Of a DNA stretch of 34,021 nucleotides, positions 1 to 7,039 are shown piece by piece (position 1 is the first letter of the stretch; each line of letters starts with the position of its first letter). The translations under genes were made by a program, and so were the position numbers. Origin of the DNA: Candidatus Hydrogenedentota bacterium (GTDB lineage Bacteria; Hydrogenedentota; Hydrogenedentia; Hydrogenedentales; SLHB01). The DNA lies in contig JACRLJ010000128.1 in assembly GCA_016215105.1 (NCBI GenBank), forward strand, positions 1 to 34,021, read 5' to 3'. The notes beneath the pieces were generated by a model. It did not search any database, was not told the origin of the DNA, and saw only the letters and a list, made by a program, of their open reading frames with translations.

Positions 1-1
1 T

Positions 2-1366
2 ATGAAGTCGAAAGGATGGTTTGGGGCCGTAGCGATTGCGGTCGTGGTGGTGGGCGTGAGCTGTTTGTTTTTCGCGCAGGAGTTTACAGGCTCCAGACGC
101 GAAGCTGCCGTGGCTCGCATTCACGAGCTGGCGGACACGCATCACATTGCTCCGGCGCGTACGAGTTTGTTCCCGGCTGCCGACGCTGAGACGCTTGTTC
201 CAAACGCGGGCGGAAACGCCGATGCGCGCGCGCTATTCATTCGGCTGGCCGGAATGGAGAAGGCGCTGCGAGAATCCAATCGCAAAGGCTTTGAAGCATG
301 GCGACATGTGGCGATGTCGGGCCAGGCGGCTACAGCCGAAGAACTTTCCAATAACGAATCGTATCTATCCCAAGCAGACGAACTAATTCGCGAGACTCGG
401 CGCTTATCGGAAATGGCCGGTCCATACTTCGATCTGGATTATTCCAAGAATCTGGCCATGGATAGATCGGCGCTGTTCACGCTACAGAGCTTGATAGTGC
501 TTCTCGATGGTGATGCTCGCGTAAAATCGCGGAAAGCTGTCATATTGGAGCCGTTCGAGGATCTTGCGGCGCTCATGCGCCTGACCAATGGGATCCCACG
601 GGATCCCTACGCGATTACGGACGGGTTCCGCCGCGGCAACTACCGATTGGTTCTTGGAGTGGCGCAAGAAGTGGTTACGGCCACCTCCGTTTCGGCGGAT
701 CAACTGAAGTTGCTGGAGGCGCTGGTACCTCGTGACCCGGAGCGCGAACTGTTCACGCGGGCGCTAATCGGGCAGGCCTCGCTGACCGTGCGCTTCTTCG
801 ATGACATTCGCGAGAACGGGTTTCCCGAGACCGGAAACCCCAGGAATACTGGCGAAATTGCGGGGCGAGCTGCTTTCTGGCTGTACTTCAGTCCGCTTGC
901 GGCGTCCCTGTCAAACCAGGATGAGGAATACTATGCGGGGACCATGGCGCGCATAATCGAAGCTGCAACACTGCCCTATTACGAAGCCAAACTACAGCTT
1001 GAGGCGCTTGATCGCGAACACGCTAGCGCGCCGCGCTGGAGGGTGATCAGTCGCCCTGAGATAGGTATGCCAAGTGAAACGCTGGCGGAGCAGGCAAATT
1101 ACGAAGCGTGTCTGGATATCCTTCGGATGGGTCTCTGTCTGCAAGGATACCACCAACAGCATGGGGAGTATCCCGAGTCGGTGGACGCGATTGCCGTAAA
1201 CATGGGTGGGCACGTGCCTGTGGACTCCTTCTCCGGTCAGAGCTACATTTACGTGCGTTCCGGCGATTCATTCCTCCTCTACAGTGTCGGAAAGAACGGC
1301 GTCGATAACGGCGGGAAGGCCGGTGGTCCGAAGGATGATGATGTAGTGTGGCGCGGCAAGGCGTAA
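2..1366 (+). CDS. Membrane-anchored hypothetical protein with C-terminal type II secretion GspG-like pseudopilin domain
   Basis: 454-aa ORF starting at ATG position 2. N-terminal hydrophobic helix (AVAIAVVVVGVSCLFF). C-terminal ~80 aa (LCLQGYHQQHGEYPESVDAIA...SFSGQSYIYVRSGDSFLLYSVGKNGVDNGGKAGGPKDDDVVW) matches the conserved GspG/T2SSG C-terminal fold pattern (YxLxSxGxDGxxGG...DDDxxxW). The ORF may continue upstream of the window. Confidence 0.5.
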   Translation: MKSKGWFGAVAIAVVVVGVSCLFFAQEFTGSRREAAVARIHELADTHHIAPARTSLFPAADAETLVPNAGGNADARALFIRLAGMEKALRESNRKGFEAWRHVAMSGQAATAEELSNNESYLSQADELIRETRRLSEMAGPYFDLDYSKNLAMDRSALFTLQSLIVLLDGDARVKSRKAVILEPFEDLAALMRLTNGIPRDPYAITDGFRRGNYRLVLGVAQEVVTATSVSADQLKLLEALVPRDPERELFTRALIGQASLTVRFFDDIRENGFPETGNPRNTGEIAGRAAFWLYFSPLAASLSNQDEEYYAGTMARIIEAATLPYYEAKLQLEALDREHASAPRWRVISRPEIGMPSETLAEQANYEACLDILRMGLCLQGYHQQHGEYPESVDAIAVNMGGHVPVDSFSGQSYIYVRSGDSFLLYSVGKNGVDNGGKAGGPKDDDVVWRGKA

Positions 1367-1440
1367 GGCGGTGTGGGTAGGCCATCGGACGCGCCGAGAC
1401 GGACGCGTCTACTATAACGGCGCTCTCGAAAGGTGAGGCG

Positions 1441-2889
1441 CTATGCGGAATGCCGGGCGAGGAATTCCGTGACCGTTTGCACCAGTTCCGCGCGGGGGAC
1501 GGTGACTTGGGTGGCGGTACCGGCTTTGCGGTAGGCGTCGTGGTCTTGGATGGCTTCACGGGCTTGTTTGCCGGCGCGGAGGTCTTTGATGGAGACGACG
1601 CCCTTGGCGATTTCGTCTTCGCCGATGATGACCGCCACTGGAATCTCGTAGTGGTCGGCGTGGGATAGCTGGGACTTCATGTTCATCTTTTTGCCGAAAT
1701 AGGTTTCGGTGCGGATGCCCGCGGCGCGGAGTTCGGCGGCGACTTTGAGGGTCTCGCCTTTGGGCACGGCGCCCATGGTGACTACCAGCGCCTGCACAAC
1801 GGTCTTGGCGGGCGCAGCGCCGGCGCCGAGATGACGTAACGCGGCCAGCAACCGATCGAGTCCGACAGACATGCCGGTGCAGGGGATGTTGCGGTCCATA
1901 AAGCGTTCGACGAGTTGGTCGTAGCGTCCGCCGCCCATGACAGAGCCGAATTCGGGCGCGTTGGGCAGTATCGTCTCGAAGACAGGCCCGGTGTAGTAGT
2001 CGAGTCCGCGCGCGAGGCTGGGGTCGAATTTCGCGTGCGCTTCGGAAACGTTGAGCGCCGCGAGGCCCTCGGCTAGGTCACGCATCTCGGCGAGCGCTTC
2101 GCGAGACGGCTCGATATCGGGCAGCGCCTTCTCCAAGCTCGCGACGACCTCTGCGCGGGTCGCGCCGTTCACACCGATGAAGCTAATCACGCGTTCAATA
2201 GTGGCGTCATCGAGATTCACGCCCGGTATGGGATCGCCGGAATCGTCGACGCGGCCGCGGCCAAGTTCGGCGCGGATGTTTTCGATGCCGACTTTCTGGA
2301 GCTTGTCGATCACGCGCAGGACGTGCTTCTGCCGCGCGGGCTCGGTGATGCCGCAGCCATCGAGCAGGGCGTCAATGACCTTGCGGTTGTTGACGAGCAC
2401 GGTGAAGTCGGTCACGCCAAGCGCGAGCATCACGTCGCACATGACCGCGATGACTTCCGCGTCCACGGCGACGGACTCCGCGCCGGCGACGTCAATGTCG
2501 AATTGCGTGAACTGACGGAACCGTCCCGGACCGGGTTTGTCGGCGCGCCACACGGGGCCGATGGCGTAACGGCGGACCGGCGGTTTGAGACGCTCGGGAT
2601 ACTGCGCAAGCAGACGCGCGAAAGGCACGGTCAGATCGAAGCGAAGCGCGATGTCTTCCTCTTCGGGGCTCTGGAGCCGGAACAGGGCCTTGTTGGTTTC
2701 CTCGCCACCGGCGCCGACGAGCGTGTCGAGGTATTCGAGCGCGGGCGTTTCGAGCGGCGAGAATCCGTAGCGCTGGAACACGGCCTCGATGGATCGGATG
2801 ACGGTCTGGCGCGGGAGCAGGTCCTCCGCGAGGAGGTCTTGGAACCCTTTGAGGGTGCGCGGTTCGACGCGGGGAGTGGTGTCAGACAT
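1441..2889 (-). CDS. hisS: Histidine--tRNA ligase (class II aaRS)
   Basis: 482-aa ORF with class II HisRS motifs (motif 1 region FRLQSPEEEDIALRFDLTVPFAR, motif 2 RFRQFTQFDIDVAG, motif 3 GGGRYDQLVERF) and a C-terminal anticodon-binding domain. GAGGAA RBS lies 9 nt upstream of the ATG at 2889. Confidence 0.92.
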   Translation of the reverse strand: MSDTTPRVEPRTLKGFQDLLAEDLLPRQTVIRSIEAVFQRYGFSPLETPALEYLDTLVGAGGEETNKALFRLQSPEEEDIALRFDLTVPFARLLAQYPERLKPPVRRYAIGPVWRADKPGPGRFRQFTQFDIDVAGAESVAVDAEVIAVMCDVMLALGVTDFTVLVNNRKVIDALLDGCGITEPARQKHVLRVIDKLQKVGIENIRAELGRGRVDDSGDPIPGVNLDDATIERVISFIGVNGATRAEVVASLEKALPDIEPSREALAEMRDLAEGLAALNVSEAHAKFDPSLARGLDYYTGPVFETILPNAPEFGSVMGGGRYDQLVERFMDRNIPCTGMSVGLDRLLAALRHLGAGAAPAKTVVQALVVTMGAVPKGETLKVAAELRAAGIRTETYFGKKMNMKSQLSHADHYEIPVAVIIGEDEIAKGVVSIKDLRAGKQAREAIQDHDAYRKAGTATQVTVPRAELVQTVTEFLARHSA

Positions 2890-2986
2890 ACGTGTCCCGT
2901 TCCTCTAAGGCCTGATTCCGATGGCGCGGCGACGAACGGCGGGTTTGGAGAACCCGCCCTACCCTGCGCGGCTATCCGTACAAGAA

Positions 2987-3065
2987 TGGTACCGAGGAAG
3001 GGGTTCGAACCCTTGACCTCTGGATCCACAATCCAGCGCTCTAACCAAACTGAGCTACCCCGGCC
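2987..3065 (-). tRNA. tRNA-His (anticodon GTG)
   Basis: Reverse complement reads GCCGGGGTAGCTCAGTTTGGTTAGAGCGCTGGATTGTGGATCCAGAGGTCAAGGGTTCGAACCCCTTCCTCGGTACCA. It folds as a cloverleaf with D-stem GCTC/GAGC, anticodon stem CTGGA/TCCAG, loop TTGTGGA (anticodon GUG), T-arm AAGGG-TTCGAAC-CCCTT and encoded CCA. It sits immediately upstream of hisS on the same strand. Confidence 0.85.
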
Positions 3066-3322
3066 CGCAACGAACGAAGAAGCGCGTCTCCACGTGCGCG
3101 AGGCCCAATAGCCCCAAGCGCAATGCATACCGCGCAAATGTGGTCTCGTATGATAGCGGAATAACGGGCGCTGAATCAACCAGTTCAGCGCCCGCGACGC
3201 CGGGGGGCCGCTACTTACCCGTATTTGACCCGCATTTGACCCCTTGACAGGCTGATATCTTCATGATATCATTCTGATAGGTACCCAAGAATCCGCTTTT
3301 GTGAAGCGGGGGAGGTTCGGCG

Positions 3323-3760
3323 GTGTCGAAGAGTTGGCTATACACCTTGTTTGGAATGGGCAGGGTTCCTCGGGGCGAGCGGGCGGCGTTGGAAGCCGAG
3401 GGGGTGGTCTTGCTTGAAGAGGGCTTGACGGTGTCGGCGCTCTTGCGCAACTACCGGGCGCCGAAAGTGTATGCCTGGTGGCACTGGAACTGGGGCGCGG
3501 GGTCGCTGGTAGTGACGAAGCAGCGCCTCGTGGCGTACGCGCTTGGCCGGAGAATGGCGGATATTCCGTTGCCATTGACGACAGGCGGGCGAACGCGGGT
3601 TTGGATTGAGAAGCACCGTCGTTTGTGCGTGGAGTTTCACGCTGCGGACTTGTTCCCGGATCGCTCGGGAAAGGTGACACTGCGCTACCGGACGTTCGAC
3701 GCGGACCATATCGAGGCGACGATCCTTCGTCCGCCCCCGCAGAGGCGGGTGACTAGATGA
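3323..3760 (+). CDS. Hypothetical protein, bacterial PH-like (YokE-type) domain
   Basis: 145-aa ORF (GTG start) downstream of a TTGACA-N17-TATCAT promoter-like sequence at ~3246-3274. Sequence pattern GERAALEAEGVVLLEEG...GSLVVTKQRLVAY resembles small bacterial PH/GRAM-like domains. Codon bias is consistent with the genome. Confidence 0.45.
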   Translation: MSKSWLYTLFGMGRVPRGERAALEAEGVVLLEEGLTVSALLRNYRAPKVYAWWHWNWGAGSLVVTKQRLVAYALGRRMADIPLPLTTGGRTRVWIEKHRRLCVEFHAADLFPDRSGKVTLRYRTFDADHIEATILRPPPQRRVTR

Positions 3761-3827
3761 GCAACAAGACTCAGAAAATGATTTCCATTGGGGTTACGCC
3801 AGTTTACGCACGTAAGGAGATATTTGT

Positions 3828-4700
3828 ATGAAGACGAAAGAGGTGCGCGTTCAAGTTGTGAACGGGTTGCCCGTGGTGGGGCTGCAGATACTGATAGGAA
3901 TTGGGCTCGGCTACTGGTTCTTTCAAGCAGTTTCGCACACCCAGATCATGCAGTGTGCCGCTGCCATAATTCTCGCGGTGTTTTGGTTCGTCGCGTGGCT
4001 TGGGCTGTTCACGCTGCAGCCGAACGAGGCGGCGGTGCTGATGCTGTTCGGCAAGTATAAGGGAACGGCTACGGAGAGCGGGTTGCGCTGGGCAAATCCG
4101 TTTTACACCAAGACGAAGGTGTCGCAGCGGGCGCGGAACATCAACGGGACGCCGATCAAAGTAAACGACCTGCGGGGCAACCCGATTGAGATTGCGGCGG
4201 TGGTGGTGTGGCACGTGGAGGACACCGCGCAGGCCGTGTTCGACGTGGACCGGTACGAACAGTACGTGACCATACAGACGGAGTCGGCGCTTCGTCATCT
4301 GGCGATGGCGTATCCGTACGACGTGTTCGAAGGCGACACGTTATCGCTGCGCGGGAGCACGGACGAAGTGTCGGCGTCGTTGAAGACCGAGATTCAAGAC
4401 CGGGTGTCCAAGGCCGGGGTAGTCATTGACGAAGCGCGTCTGAGTCACCTGGCGTATGCGCAGGAGATCGCGGCGGTGATGTTGCAGCGGCAACAGGCCG
4501 AGGCGGTCGTGGCGGCGCGGACGCGGATCGTGGACGGCGCGGTGGGCATGGTCGAGATGGCGCTCGAACGTCTGGCGCAGCGGAAGACCATCGAATTGGA
4601 CGAGGAACGCAAGGCGGCAATGGTCAGCAATCTGTTGGTGGTGCTGTGTGGCCACGAGCCGGCGCGTCCGGTGATCAATACTGGGACCTTGTATACGTGA
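3828..4700 (+). CDS. SPFH/Band 7 (stomatin/prohibitin-like) family membrane protein
   Basis: 290-aa ORF with AAGGAG RBS 7 nt upstream of ATG. N-terminal TM helices then an SPFH core (LQPNEAAVLMLFGKY...GLRWANPFYTKTKVSQRARNINGTPIKVNDLRGNPIEIAAVVVW) followed by a coiled-coil-rich C-terminus. Confidence 0.8.
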   Translation: MKTKEVRVQVVNGLPVVGLQILIGIGLGYWFFQAVSHTQIMQCAAAIILAVFWFVAWLGLFTLQPNEAAVLMLFGKYKGTATESGLRWANPFYTKTKVSQRARNINGTPIKVNDLRGNPIEIAAVVVWHVEDTAQAVFDVDRYEQYVTIQTESALRHLAMAYPYDVFEGDTLSLRGSTDEVSASLKTEIQDRVSKAGVVIDEARLSHLAYAQEIAAVMLQRQQAEAVVAARTRIVDGAVGMVEMALERLAQRKTIELDEERKAAMVSNLLVVLCGHEPARPVINTGTLYT

Positions 4701-4713
4701 TGGGGCGTGGCGC

Positions 4714-4751
4714 TGGATCGGACGGATCAGACCGATCGGACCGATCGGACG
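4714..4751. repeat. Short tandem repeat, 9-bp unit x4 (GGATCGGAC / GGATCAGAC / CGATCGGAC / CGATCGGAC)
   Basis: Read directly in the intergenic region immediately after the SPFH stop codon. Confidence 0.6.
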
Positions 4752-4856
4752 GAGTAGTTGATGTAGAGCTTGCGTCGTTTGAGAGGGTTTGGGCGTTCCG
4801 GTTGCCGCGCTCGGCGAGCGCGGCAGTACTCGGGGGCGCCGTTGGAGGACATACCG

Positions 4857-5054
4857 ATGACACGGTGGGAATACTGGACCGTTACATTAAAGCCGACGGG
4901 TTTCTGGACCGCAAAGCTGGAAGATTCGGAAGTTACGGCCATCCTGAATAACGCAGGCCGCGAGGGCTGGGAATTGGCCGCGGCGCCCGCGCTCACGATG
5001 AGTTATGGCCAGACCGGTGGTGTATTGCTCCTGTTCAAGCGACCAAGCCATTAA
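4857..5054 (+). CDS. DUF4177-like small protein
   Basis: 66 aa from ATG 4857 (GGAGG RBS 9 nt upstream): MTRWEYWTVTLKPTGFWTAKLEDSEVTAILNNAGREGWELAAAPALTMSYGQTGGVLLLFKRP. The WEY...GWELV...LLFKR pattern is characteristic of DUF4177. The longer ORF from 4770 is probably a spurious extension. Confidence 0.55.
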   Translation: MTRWEYWTVTLKPTGFWTAKLEDSEVTAILNNAGREGWELAAAPALTMSYGQTGGVLLLFKRPSH

Positions 5055-5185
5055 CCCGGCGCCTGAAGAAACATGATTGGCGTAGTACGCACATGAGAGA
5101 GATGAGCGAATTAGAGCGCAGCAGACGAGCCGCCCCGGCGAGAATCCCGCTGGACGGGTTTGGGACTAGTGAATTGGAATGAATC

Positions 5186-5377
5186 GTGGCTGAACGGAAA
5201 ACATTTCTATTGCGGTTGCCGCCGGACTTGTACGACGACCTGAATCGTTGGGCCGCGGATGAATTGCGGAGTCTCAACGCGCAGATCGAGTATGTACTGC
5301 GGGAGGCTGCGCGCAAACGGAAAGGGGAACGGGAGGCGGATGCGCCGCCTGCGGGGACGGGGGATGGGGACACATGA
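5186..5377 (+). CDS. Arc/MetJ-type ribbon-helix-helix DNA-binding protein
   Basis: 63 aa with GTG start. [40 protein letters not shown] matches the Arc-like RHH DNA-binding domain consensus (FLLRLP.ELH..L...A...GRSLNAEI...L). Confidence 0.5.
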   Translation: MAERKTFLLRLPPDLYDDLNRWAADELRSLNAQIEYVLREAARKRKGEREADAPPAGTGDGDT

Positions 5378-5387
5378 AAGGAGCATT

Positions 5388-5948
5388 GCCGTGGATGGGA
5401 CGTATTTTGAATGCAGGTTGGACTCGAAGACGCGCGTGATATCAATCCTCATTTTGCTAAGCGTGATCGCGGGGACGGTCGCTACGGTCGTGGTGTTGAT
5501 TCTTGTGGCCATGAGCCTAAGTACCGATCAGCGCTTGGCGCGACTCGTGTTGTTTGCCGCTGCCGGATTCGCGGTAATCGAGTTTTTGGGTTTGGCCGCG
5601 GTAGCGACGTTCGCTCCGAAAGGGTACTGGGTGGGGCCGGATGGTATCACGGTTGTTCGACGCAATGGACGGAAACTCGTCTTGGCGAAGGGGGAACTCG
5701 CATCTGCCGAGGAAGCCGAGCCGGAAGTACTGAAGCGGAGTACGCGATCCTGTGGCGGCAGTTTCTTTGGCCACTGGGGGCGGTTCAAGTGTTCCGCGCT
5801 CGGCAGCTTTCGTGGATACTGGGGAAATCGAGAGTCGTTGGTGTTGGTTCGCGACACCAGCGGGCGGCCCATCGTGTTGTCTCCAGAGTCCCGCGGGTAT
5901 GTTGTCGAGTGCGTAAACGAGTTGCTGGGCAAAGGGCGGCGGCGTTGA
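5388..5948 (+). CDS. Membrane protein, two TM helices plus bacterial PH (bPH_2/YdbS-like) domain
   Basis: GTG start 6 nt after a GGAG RBS, 11 nt after the RHH gene stop. Two hydrophobic helices (ISILILLSVIAGTVATVVVLILVAM; LVLFAAAGFAVIEFLGLAAVATFA) are followed by GYWVGPDGITVVRRNGRKLVLAKGEL, typical of membrane-flanked PH domains. Confidence 0.5.
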   Translation, partial: AVDGTYFECRLDSKTRVISILILLSVIAGTVATVVVLILVAMSLSTDQRLARLVLFAAAGFAVIEFLGLAAVATFAPKGYWVGPDGITVVRRNGRKLVLAKGELASAEEAEPEVLKRSTRSCGGSFFGHWGRFKCSALGSFRGYWGNRESLVLVRDTSGRPIVLSPESRGYVVECVNELLGKGRRR

Positions 5949-6051
5949 GTGGCGTGACACGAGAAGCGTATGCGATTGGGGATGGTGTGCGCGCTCGGGC
6001 GGTCTGCGCTCGTCGAGCGTAGACGTACTAAGGCGGACGTGGCGGAGATGT

Positions 6052-6152
6052 GGTCTCCTGCGTCCCTTTGGGACTGACCGGCAGGTGATCGGTGATCCGG
6101 GGGTTCTCTTCGGTCACCCCCGGCTACTCTCCTGGCGTCCCTTCGGGACTTT
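6052..6152. repeat. Structured ~100-bp repeat, copy 1 (three hairpins with UUCG-type loops)
   Basis: ctcctgcgtccctttgggactgac ... ccgggggt-tctcttcggtc-acccccgg ... ctcctggcgtcccttcgggactttgac. About 85% identical to copy 2 at 6927-7027, in direct orientation. Confidence 0.8.
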
Positions 6153-6267
6153 GACAGGTTGCAGGCGCCGTGGGATGCGGTTGGTATGCAGTTGGGAAGG
6201 AGTATGGAGAAGGTTTCAGAAGACAGGGGAATTGTTGAAGGATGAGTTGCAGGCATTTAACCCGTAG

Positions 6268-6899
6268 TTGAAGGTGCGCGGTATGTTTCAACGGACGTGG
6301 GAAGCATTGAAAGATGAGTCGAAGGTCGTCCTGTTGGTCGGGGCGGGATTTGCCGTGTCGCTTCTGGTTGGGATGGTGACGGCTCGATGGGGTCCTCGTC
6401 TCGAAACGAGCACATTGAGATGGTATTCGGCCGGTTCCGAGACGGGGTACGCGAGGGACAGCTTGGGGCCTTGGCGAGCGCAGCGCTTGTTCTCTTTGCT
6501 ATAAACCTATTCGCACTGATCGCGTGGACCGTGGCCTGTGCGTTCATCGTTCCTCTAGCGTCCTTGTTCTTCGGCGCCTGGGCCGTTGGAATTGACCTTC
6601 CCGGCTTGCACGGGTCATCGTTCCTCTCCGTGTTCCTACTTCTGATTGTGGTTGGCGTTGAGTGGGTTACGATTGTCCTCAGCGCGGCAGCCGGAACGAG
6701 TATCGGTCTTGCGACGATTTGTCCCGCGCGCGTCGGCTGCTCGTCGCGATGGCCTGCCTTCAAGCGCGCGTCTACGCAGGCCATGAATTTGTATGTGGTG
6801 ATCCTGGCCATTCTGGCGATTCAGACGGTGGTGGAAATCCTCTATGTGAGGCAGGTCCTGTTGATGGGCGGCACGGGCGTGCCCTTGGCGCCGTATTGA
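6268..6899 (+). CDS. Putative polytopic membrane protein (possible DUF95/SpoIIM-like), apparent frameshift between ORFs 6268-6504 and 6387-6899
   Basis: Two overlapping same-strand ORFs in different frames, both with hydrophobic helices (VVLLVGAGFAVSLLVGMV; LASAALVLFAINLFALIAWTVACAFIVPLASLFFGAWAVG...). The family assignment is weak. Confidence 0.3.
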
Positions 6900-6926
6900 A
6901 CGGCCAAGGGCGTCGTATAGTGTGGA

Positions 6927-7027
6927 GGTCTCCTGCGTCCCCTCGGGACTGACAGGTGGGTGGCTGGCGATCCGGGGGTTCCCTTCGGTCACCTCCGGCT
7001 ACTCTTCTGGCGTCCCTTCGGGACTTG
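6927..7027. repeat. Structured ~100-bp repeat, copy 2
   Basis: ggtctcctgcgtcccctcgggactgac ... ccgggggttcccttcggtcacctccgg ... cttctggcgtcccttcgggacttga. A direct repeat of copy 1. Stem positions vary while pairing is retained (G-U in the middle hairpin). Confidence 0.8.
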
Positions 7028-7039
7028 AATGGACGAGAC

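Noticed and set aside
1387-1410. Hairpin ggacgcg-N10-cgcgtc between the convergent gene 1 and hisS as a bidirectional terminator
   Set aside because: Stem only 6 bp with no U-tract on either strand, so it is not convincing as an intrinsic terminator.
2323-3111. 262-aa plus-strand ORF overlapping hisS and tRNA-His
   Set aside because: Antisense to a well-supported hisS gene. Arg/Ala-rich low-complexity translation typical of spurious ORFs in GC-rich DNA.
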